Positions 54,358-61,556 of a DNA stretch of 64,000 nt are shown one piece after another. Position 1 is the first letter of the stretch, and the number at the start of each line of letters is the position of its first letter. A program made the translations under genes and the position numbers. The DNA is taken from assembly GCA_039809385.1 (NCBI GenBank), contig JBDHUY010000011.1, positions 2,132 to 66,131 on the forward strand, written 5' to 3'. Under the pieces are notes generated by a model. It saw only the letters and a list, made by a program, of their open reading frames with translations, had not been told where the DNA came from and made no database searches. The DNA comes from Candidatus Altimarinota bacterium (GTDB lineage: Bacteria; Patescibacteriota; Gracilibacteria; JBDHUY01).

Positions 54358-55047
54358 ATGGAAGCACTAAAGGAGAACACCGGAACCAGCCCAGGGTACA
54401 TTCACAAGATACAAGAAGGTGAGACATTCAGAGAAGCTACTGATGCTCTCTCTAGAAAAGTAGTTGATTTCCAGAGTTTCAAAACAAGAAGGGCTTTGGA
54501 GGACGTAGTAAAAAATGCTCAAAGAGCCAACAAAATCAGCGATCAAATTGCTGTTGATAATAAGGATCTGCGCGCCAAAACTTTGGGGGACAACATCGGC
54601 GGCACATTCACCCCCGGAACTGAAGAAAAAGCATTCAACAAAGATCTTTTAACGATTCGAGAGGACGAAAGTCCGGAAGCGATCGAACAAAAAGGTATCA
54701 ATGCTGCCGCTGCAAAAGTCCACGAAGAAGTTCATCACGTTCTAGAAGAGGCGCTGGGCTGCAATCACAAACACGATTCAAACGGGAATGTGATATTCGT
54801 CGATTTTCCTGCCAGTAAATCGGCTGATAAACCCGTCATATTAACCCGTGAACAGAATGAAGGATTAACCCAAGCCATCACGGAAGAGCTTAACCCGGAC
54901 GTCGTTGGAACTGCGTATAAAAGTGAGGTAGCTGCAGAAAGATCAAGGTTTGGCGGAAAGCTGCAGGAAGTAGTTACTGCTGTAAAAAATAAAGATCTCA
55001 AAACAGTCAGAGAGGTTGTAGAAAACGTATATGCTAAAGCAGCATAA
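54358..55047 (+). CDS. Hypothetical protein with an HExxH motif
   Basis: 'AAAKVHEEVHHVLEE'. No signal peptide or TM seen. Confidence 0.45.
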   Translation: MEALKENTGTSPGYIHKIQEGETFREATDALSRKVVDFQSFKTRRALEDVVKNAQRANKISDQIAVDNKDLRAKTLGDNIGGTFTPGTEEKAFNKDLLTIREDESPEAIEQKGINAAAAKVHEEVHHVLEEALGCNHKHDSNGNVIFVDFPASKSADKPVILTREQNEGLTQAITEELNPDVVGTAYKSEVAAERSRFGGKLQEVVTAVKNKDLKTVREVVENVYAKAA

Positions 55048-55061
55048 GCTATTGTAGCACT

Positions 55062-55095
55062 ATTGCTGATCGCTGATCGCTGATCGCTGTTTGCT
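55062..55095 (+). repeat. (GCTGATC)x3.5 heptamer tandem repeat
   Basis: attgctgatcgctgatcgctgatcgctgtttgct. Confidence 0.85.
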
Positions 55096-55109
55096 ATAAA
55101 CTGTCCGCT

Positions 55110-55640
55110 CTACAATTGGAGCTTTCCATTTTCCAAATCCCGTTTGATTCTCAAAAAGATCAATCCTTTCCAGTCGTTTGCCAGTTCCCCTTCCAGGACC
55201 TTATTTTCGAGCTCTTCGAGAGACATCGAAACTACCGTCAGATCTTCGCCATGATCTTTGGCCAATGGAGCGTCTTCCAGCTGCGAGCATACAAACGCGT
55301 AATCGCGCAGAAAGCCGTGATTGCCGCCGCGGGAAGTAGCGTAGAGCTGGATATGCTTTGGCCGTACCCCCAGCTCTTCCTGACATTCCCGCAAAGCCGC
55401 CTCTTCAGGCGTTTCCTCCAAATCCACCAAACCCCCCGGGATCCGCAGACTATACTCATTTTGGGAATGTCGGAATTCGTTCACTAGCAAAATGCGTTTC
55501 TGTGCGTCAAATACGAAAAATTTCACATACGGCCCCTGATCGCACGCCTCAAACGTATGCCACGACCCGTCGGCAAATTGCAGCTCGTAGGTATACATCG
55601 TCATCCGTTTTCCTTCAAAATAAATCCGCTTGTTTTTCAT
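55110..55640 (-). CDS. NUDIX hydrolase
   Basis: Nudix box 'GGLVDLEETPEEAALRECQEELG'. Confidence 0.85.
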   Translation of the reverse strand: MKNKRIYFEGKRMTMYTYELQFADGSWHTFEACDQGPYVKFFVFDAQKRILLVNEFRHSQNEYSLRIPGGLVDLEETPEEAALRECQEELGVRPKHIQLYATSRGGNHGFLRDYAFVCSQLEDAPLAKDHGEDLTVVSMSLEELENKVLEGELANDWKGLIFLRIKRDLENGKLQL

Positions 55641-55864
55641 CAGGAAAGACAGTAAGTTTTGGTAGACAAGAGACCCATGTGTCTGCCCAGTAGAGTAAAT
55701 AATCGTTGGAATTCTTTTAGGACGACTTGATATAACATTTACAAGAGATTGATAAGCGTAAAGATTTCCGGACAGTATTTTATACCCCGTTCATCTCTCT
55801 TTCAATTCCTGCTCCTATGACTATGGACTAAGTACTTGGTACTACCTTTACCGAAATATCTGAC

Positions 55865-55909
55865 CCTGTACATATTACATTATACTTACTACTTTATACC
55901 AGCTCCCCC
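55865..55909 (-). repeat. GTAT-heptad element, copy 5 (abuts the ATG at 55910)
   Basis: The reverse complement reads gggggagctg|gtataaa|gtagtaa|gtataat|gtaatat|gtacagg. Confidence 0.8.
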
Positions 55910-56326
55910 ATGAATATCTATTTTTCCGGTTCCATCGCCGGCGGCCAGGACGATATCCTGATCTATAAAGACATGATCGAATACCTGGGCAAACACGGAA
56001 CTGTGCTAACCGAACATATCGGAGACGCTGAGAAAACATTGGCCGATTCGATGCGCGAACCCGAATTTATTTTTGAAAGGGACGTAGGCTGGGTTAACCA
56101 AGCCGATGTGATCGTCGCAGAAGTCACGCAACCAAGCCTGGGCGTAGGATACGAGCTCGGGTACGCCGATCTTAGCAACAAACAGGTTTTGTGCCTATTT
56201 CGCCCCAAAAGCGGAAAAAGACTCTCGGCGATGGTACGCGGGAACAAGCGCTTTCAAGTTTTCTTTTACGATACTCTGGAGGAGGCAAAAGCCATCTTCG
56301 ATGATTTTTTCACCCCGCTGTCATGA
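55910..56326 (+). CDS. 2'-deoxynucleoside 5'-phosphate N-hydrolase (DNPH1/Rcl)-like, nucleoside deoxyribosyltransferase fold
   Basis: 'MNIYFSGSIAGGQDD...GTVLTEHIGD...ADVIVAEVTQPSLGVGYELGYA'. Confidence 0.8.
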   Translation: MNIYFSGSIAGGQDDILIYKDMIEYLGKHGTVLTEHIGDAEKTLADSMREPEFIFERDVGWVNQADVIVAEVTQPSLGVGYELGYADLSNKQVLCLFRPKSGKRLSAMVRGNKRFQVFFYDTLEEAKAIFDDFFTPLS

Positions 56327-57597
56327 GGCGTTTCTGGCTGCCGGCTCTGTTCCTGCTTCTACCGTTTTCGAAAAAGATCCTGCTCTATCAGAGTCCTCTG
56401 AGTACGGTAAGCTCCGATTTTACAGCGCATTTCATGTTTCTGGCCGAACCGCTGCTGTGGCTGGCCGTTCTTTTTTTCTTCAAAAAAGCGCGTACCACCG
56501 CGGTTCCTTATGGTGAAATAGCGTTACAATGGTTTCTGGTAGTTATAGCTTTGTCGCTACCTTCCTTTTTTGTCGCCAATGATACGCTGCTCAGCGGAAT
56601 AACCTTGTTTCGCTTCATCGAAACAGCTGTGTTCAGTTATATGATCGCTCATGTAGATTTGCAGGAAACAAGAAATATCGCATTTTTCTTTGCTCTCGGT
56701 CTGGGAATACAAGGAGTAGTGGCGGCGAAGCAGTTTCTCTCCCAACACCCGCTCGGATTGAGCTGGCTGGGAGAGTCTCCCCTGCTATACGACAGTTTCA
56801 ACACAGCCACTTTGCAGAGTGGTACCGAAACTTTGCTAAGAAGCTACGGAACCTTGCTCCACCCCAATATTCTGGGTGGTTTTGGAGCGGTGGGGCTTAT
56901 TATATTTTTGGGCTCTTTTGCAAGAAACACTTCGCGAAAGTGGTTGAACATACTCTTAAGCGGATTGATGACACTCGGGGTCTTTTTTTCTTTTTCCAGA
57001 AGCGCGATCTTGGCTTTGTGCGGGGGATTGTTCATTCTATTTCTCTTTCAATGGAAAGACCGGTTTTTCTTATACAACGCACTGACCGTGTGCGGATTTC
57101 TGCTCGTTCTTTCGACGATGTTTCCCTATTTTTCCGCACGGTTTTACCAGGCACATACCGAGAATACCCAGCGAACCGATCAATACCAGCAAGTTTTGGC
57201 TCATACGCAGGAATATCCCTTGGGAGTGGGCTTAGGCAATAGCGTACTCTTTCAAGAAAAAAAGGGAACAACCGCCCCCTTTCTCTGGAATCTTCAGCCG
57301 ATCCATAATACTTTTCTGCACATCGGGTTCGAGACCGGAATTCCGGCATTCCTGCTCTTTGTTTTAGGATACATCTGGCTTTTCATAAAAAGTGTCGTAA
57401 CCAGACAAGGTCACAATATCGCGCTCCTTGCCTCGATAACGCCCCTGCTGCTTTTCGACCACTACCTTGTTACTTCGTTTCAGGGTATGATGCTCCTGGG
57501 ATTGGTGATCGGGATCGTTTTCCGCAATTTTTCGGTTCATCAGGAAACGCATCAATCTCATGACAGTATGCGGAAAAATCTTATACTTCCTTCCTAG
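56323..57597 (+). CDS. O-antigen ligase (Wzy_C) family polytopic membrane protein
   Basis: At least 10 TM helices and a 'FSFSRSAILAL' loop motif. ATGA overlap with the upstream gene. Confidence 0.65.
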   Translation: MRRFWLPALFLLLPFSKKILLYQSPLSTVSSDFTAHFMFLAEPLLWLAVLFFFKKARTTAVPYGEIALQWFLVVIALSLPSFFVANDTLLSGITLFRFIETAVFSYMIAHVDLQETRNIAFFFALGLGIQGVVAAKQFLSQHPLGLSWLGESPLLYDSFNTATLQSGTETLLRSYGTLLHPNILGGFGAVGLIIFLGSFARNTSRKWLNILLSGLMTLGVFFSFSRSAILALCGGLFILFLFQWKDRFFLYNALTVCGFLLVLSTMFPYFSARFYQAHTENTQRTDQYQQVLAHTQEYPLGVGLGNSVLFQEKKGTTAPFLWNLQPIHNTFLHIGFETGIPAFLLFVLGYIWLFIKSVVTRQGHNIALLASITPLLLFDHYLVTSFQGMMLLGLVIGIVFRNFSVHQETHQSHDSMRKNLILPS

Positions 57598-57629
57598 TGT
57601 TACGACAAATTAATTCTACAACCAACTAT

Positions 57630-57778
57630 CACAAATCGCTAAATCCTACTATCAAAATCCTAAACAAATTCGAAATACCATTACTCAAGTTACAAACCTT
57701 GCTCGCAGTTTAATATTTCTGATTTCGTATTTGTGATTTGTTTCGAATTTAGGGTTTAGTATTTCGGATTTTAGGTAT
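57630..57778. repeat. Strand-asymmetric word spacer: A/C-rich words then their reverse-complement T/G-rich words
   Basis: The left half has cacaaat, aaaatcctaaa, aaattcgaaa, cgaaatacc. The right half reads tttctga|tttcgta|tttgtga|tttgttt|cgaattt|agggttt|agtattt|cggattt. Confidence 0.7.
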
Positions 57779-57800
57779 ACGTTGACGAAGTACCGTGCCA

Positions 57801-57837
57801 CTTGATACTAGATACTTTATACTAGATTCCCTGCCCC
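57801..57837 (-). repeat. GTAT-heptad element, copy 6 (abuts the ATG at 57838)
   Basis: The reverse complement reads ggggcagggaatcta|gtataaa|gtatcta|gtatcaa|g. Confidence 0.7.
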
Positions 57838-58731
57838 ATGATCTCCCTCATCATTACGGCGTACAAAGAACCAGCCACGATCGGAGAATGTCTCGAAAGC
57901 ATTATCGATCCGGACAATCGGAACCTGCCCGAAGAACCCTATGAGATTCTTCTGATTTGCCCGGATGAAGAAACCAAAATTGCGGGACTTCAGGCAGCCG
58001 AAAAGTGGGACCACAAAGTGATTCACGTCAAAGACCCGCAAAAAGGCAAACCGCACGCGTTGAATCTGGCGTTCGACAAAGCCAAAGGAGAAATTTTGAT
58101 TTTGACCGACGGAGATGTTTTTCTGGATAAAAATGCTATACCGGCGTTGATCAAAAAGATCAGATCGAACGATAGAGTCGGTGGAGTTTCGGGACGCCCG
58201 GTCTCGGCAGATTCTAAGACGACCATGTTTGCCTATTTCGGCCACTTACTGGTGGAAGCGGCCCATCACAAAAGATCCAGGAGCGCTTTTTTCCCGATGA
58301 GCGGCTACCTCATGGCGATCAAAAAACCGGAGTTCTCCTTACCGGAAAAAATTCTGTCCGACGATGCGTTCATCTCCTACATGATTTTCAAGCTCGGTTC
58401 GGTAATAGTATATGAACCTGTTGCCCGGGTCTTTGTACGGTTCCCGCAGAATTTCCATGATTGGTACAACCAGAAAGCCCGGTCGGTGGGAGGCTACCTG
58501 CAGCTCCAGCAGCTTGACTTGATTCAAAAAAGCGAACAAAGCCGTTCGATCGGCAAAGAACTGGCTTACTTTTGGTTTCCGATCCGTTTTGCCAAAAATC
58601 CCCAAGAGCTATGGTGGAGCCTAATGCTCTACCCTATGAGATTTCTCTTGTGGCTAAGAATCTGGTGGGAGCGAAAAGTATTGAAAAAAGATTTTACCAA
58701 AACCTGGGTCCGGATCGAAAGCACAAAGTAG
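57838..58731 (+). CDS. Glycosyltransferase family 2
   Basis: 'ISLIITAYKEPATIGECLESI', 'ILILTDGDVFLD'. Confidence 0.8.
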   Translation: MISLIITAYKEPATIGECLESIIDPDNRNLPEEPYEILLICPDEETKIAGLQAAEKWDHKVIHVKDPQKGKPHALNLAFDKAKGEILILTDGDVFLDKNAIPALIKKIRSNDRVGGVSGRPVSADSKTTMFAYFGHLLVEAAHHKRSRSAFFPMSGYLMAIKKPEFSLPEKILSDDAFISYMIFKLGSVIVYEPVARVFVRFPQNFHDWYNQKARSVGGYLQLQQLDLIQKSEQSRSIGKELAYFWFPIRFAKNPQELWWSLMLYPMRFLLWLRIWWERKVLKKDFTKTWVRIESTK

Positions 58732-58734
58732 TAG

Positions 58735-58830
58735 AGAGAAGGGAGTTGGGACATGGCTTACAGTCGAGTGACAACAGCTTACAGCAAAACAGAAGTGAGG
58801 AGAACGGAGTGAGGAGAAGGGAAAAAACAC
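58735..58830 (+). repeat. Word-block element related (inverted, rearranged) to 41000..41115
   Basis: Blocks shared with the reverse complement of 41000..41115: ggagttggga; gagaacggagtNaggagNaggga (24/27); acagcttacagc; tgacaacagc. Confidence 0.75.
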
Positions 58831-58880
58831 CCCTGTCAGTCATTCCCAAGCAAGCATGTCATTCCTGCTAAAGCGAGAAT

Positions 58881-59633
58881 CTAGCGGAGAGCCTGTGTAA
58901 GAACCGGTTCCACTCCCGGAGCAAATGCAAACACTGCCCCTTCCTTTGTCCGTTTTACCTGTCCGCCGGCTTCTGTCAGAATCAATTCCCCGGCCTTCAG
59001 ATCCCATGGAGGCAGATCGGGCGCAATAAAGCCGTCGAAGAAACCACGGGCTACGTGTGACAGATTAAAGGCGGCGGAACCGAGTTTGCGGAAGTCGTAT
59101 ACTTTCGGACGAATCTTATTATAGAGATCGAGCATCTTTTGCTTTTTATCCGGATTCGGGCCGGTCGAAAAAACCATATAGAGCTGGTCTACAGTTTTAG
59201 TCGTAGGAACCAGTGGGTTAAGTTTTTTATCGTTCAGGTAGAGCCCTTCTCCCGGGAAAGCATGGAGCAGCTCGCCGGTCATGGGCAAACAGATAATGCC
59301 AAGGATGGTTTTTTCGCCATGCTGTAGCGCTACTGTATTGGCAAAGACGGGTACGTGCCGGATATAATTTTTGGTGCCGTCCAGCGGGTCGATGATCCAA
59401 GTGTATTCGCTCTTCTTATCAACTAATCCACGCTCTTCGGCGTGAATGTTATGGTTTGGAAACAATGTTTCGAGAATTCCGACGATCGTATTTTCGGCTT
59501 CGATATCGATCGCGGTCACCAGGTCGTCTACGCCTTTGGTCTGGTAGGAATGGTGTCTGGCGAAATTTTTACGCAGGATATCTCCGCCCATGAGCGCGGC
59601 TCGCTTGGCTAGAAGTAAGAATCGTTTGTCCAT
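58881..59633 (-). CDS. Inositol monophosphatase family protein (SuhB-like)
   Basis: 'WIIDPLDGTKNY', 'AAFNLSHVARG'. Confidence 0.85.
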   Translation of the reverse strand: MDKRFLLLAKRAALMGGDILRKNFARHHSYQTKGVDDLVTAIDIEAENTIVGILETLFPNHNIHAEERGLVDKKSEYTWIIDPLDGTKNYIRHVPVFANTVALQHGEKTILGIICLPMTGELLHAFPGEGLYLNDKKLNPLVPTTKTVDQLYMVFSTGPNPDKKQKMLDLYNKIRPKVYDFRKLGSAAFNLSHVARGFFDGFIAPDLPPWDLKAGELILTEAGGQVKRTKEGAVFAFAPGVEPVLTQALR

Positions 59634-59756
59634 GAATAGAAAGTTAGAGTAATCGTTTAAAAGTACAGCTTGTTGTTTATCGAACGTTATTTGCTATTTG
59701 ATGAAAAGTATCCCACTCCAAAAATGCACCGATGTAAACGCTACTATCAAAGACTT

Positions 59757-59942
59757 TCATACAGTATAAATAGTTTCATCGTATTCGTTCATCTTAGTCG
59801 GATTCTTATACTTTTCGGTTTTTTTAAGCAAATCTTTGATACGAATCCTTTGGCCTGCCTTAGGAGCAATTATTTTCCTGAGATAACCTTCCAGCAATAC
59901 CTTATTTTCTTTCCTCGAAATGAAAATGCGATTATGCTTCAT
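59757..59942 (-). CDS. Small basic ORF (61 aa); possibly a relic of a tyrosine-recombinase C-terminus
   Basis: MKHNRIFISRKENKVLLEGYLRKI...IRIKDLLKK...ETIYTV loosely parallels H.LRH..A..LLE.G....IQ.LLGH....T.IYTHV. There is an in-frame stop 10 codons upstream of the ATG. Confidence 0.25.
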   Translation of the reverse strand: MKHNRIFISRKENKVLLEGYLRKIIAPKAGQRIRIKDLLKKTEKYKNPTKMNEYDETIYTV

Positions 59943-60129
59943 ATTATGAACGCTAATAATGAGAATAGACCATCAGATAAGTCAGTTCTTACTCTAACAC
60001 AGATCGGATGGGTTGCAAAGAAAAGGGAGGACAAAGGTCGAATATCTTGAGCTAATTGACAAACATATATCTGTATGGATAATAGCTAAAAATTACCCCT
60101 ATACTATAAATAATCAATACTTTAATCCT

Positions 60130-61530
60130 ATGAGCGAATATATTGATAGGCCAAAAAGCTCTATAGAATGGCCCTTGGGCAGACTTCCTGAGAGGATACC
60201 CCTTACAAAAGAGAAAAGTACCGGTCTTAAAATAATCATCAAGTCAAAAAATTATGGGCAAGCCCGAGAATTTGCAGGTAAGTTTGCAACCGAAATCCTC
60301 GACAACACCAAAGATCTGAAAGGGAAAGAGCGTTTTGATACGTTCGTCCAGAAATATCTGGATGTCATGTACACACTGGATATCCTGAAAAAAGAAGCGA
60401 TAGGACTGGGTACTCCCACGGGTTTTACTAATATGATAGGCCACTTTATAGGTATTCAGCTTTTTTGGCAACTCTCTCCGGATGACTATGATCTACAAAA
60501 ACTCCAACGGCTGCACGAGCAAGTAAATCAGAGCACCGATGCTAGGATTCAGTGGTTTTCTCCAAAGATATTTTTTCTGATAGACAAATTGGCAGATTTT
60601 CAAGCAAGCAATAACTTGGTAAAATCCTGCCAGGTAATCACTCCTTTCGCAGAGCAAATAATTACTATGTTGCAAAAAGAGATTCCAGATATAGAAGCGT
60701 TGTTGCAGGATGCAGCTAAAGAACTTTTTTCATTACGACGCTATGGTATAAAAACTTCCATGTTCCAGGACGGAATACTCCACCCGCCTCAAGATGCATG
60801 GGTATTGGTTGATGGCTCCGATTTGGCTATTCCCGGTGAATATGATAAACCATTGGCCGGCATTATGCGAGGAAAGGCTTCATCCATTGAGATGGTCGAT
60901 GTCACGTATCACCAGTTAACAAGTGACCGTGTTCGTGATGAAAAGATGCAGGCGGCAAGAATCGAAGGAATGAATGCCGATTTCAGCTGGTCGATGAATC
61001 ATCAGGGCGAGCTCATGGTAGGTCTTTTTCCATTACATTCCATGCCTTTACGAGAGCTATTTGAACGGCAGAACAAGTTGTTATTTTACCTTTTGTTTCA
61101 GGCCAGTCATATTTTGAGGGTATGCGATTTGACCATACCTATAGAAACGGTTAAAAATCTTCCAAAACTACCAGAACAATCTACTAATTTTCTCATACGA
61201 TTTTTGAATAAAATTCGGAGCAATCCCTTGCGTCCAGACTTGATTATTCCTCGTATAAAAGCTCTTGAAAATCCTGAATTACCCGAACTACTAGAATCGG
61301 AAATTCAGCAGGCCGAGGAAGAGACGAAGAAACGTTCAAAAAGAAGCCATGACGTGGAAAAATATATCAGAAAATTGCCTCAGGGGTACAAGGCTTCCAA
61401 AGCAGCTCGGATAAGAGCAAAAGAAGAGATGGGCATTGATCTCCAAGAGGGTGAAACGTATATAAGAAAACATAAACGAGGTAAAGAGGAAGGAGGTCCA
61501 GGATTGACACACCGAGCCAAGAAAAGATAA
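60130..61530 (+). CDS. Hypothetical protein with strongly basic C-terminal tail
   Basis: Start taken at MSEYIDRPKSS. The C-terminus reads 'KKRSKRSHDVEKYIRKLPQGYKASKAARIRAKEEMGIDLQEGETYIRKHKRGKEEGGPGLTHRAKKR'. AT-rich. Confidence 0.5.
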   Translation: MSEYIDRPKSSIEWPLGRLPERIPLTKEKSTGLKIIIKSKNYGQAREFAGKFATEILDNTKDLKGKERFDTFVQKYLDVMYTLDILKKEAIGLGTPTGFTNMIGHFIGIQLFWQLSPDDYDLQKLQRLHEQVNQSTDARIQWFSPKIFFLIDKLADFQASNNLVKSCQVITPFAEQIITMLQKEIPDIEALLQDAAKELFSLRRYGIKTSMFQDGILHPPQDAWVLVDGSDLAIPGEYDKPLAGIMRGKASSIEMVDVTYHQLTSDRVRDEKMQAARIEGMNADFSWSMNHQGELMVGLFPLHSMPLRELFERQNKLLFYLLFQASHILRVCDLTIPIETVKNLPKLPEQSTNFLIRFLNKIRSNPLRPDLIIPRIKALENPELPELLESEIQQAEEETKKRSKRSHDVEKYIRKLPQGYKASKAARIRAKEEMGIDLQEGETYIRKHKRGKEEGGPGLTHRAKKR

Positions 61531-61556
61531 TGAAGACATTTCAACTTTTCTATCTT

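Noticed and set aside
57630-57778. Single long hairpin (perfect inverted repeat) across the O-antigen-ligase/GT2 spacer.
   Set aside because: Complementary words occur in the same order on both halves rather than mirrored order, so they cannot pair as one continuous stem.
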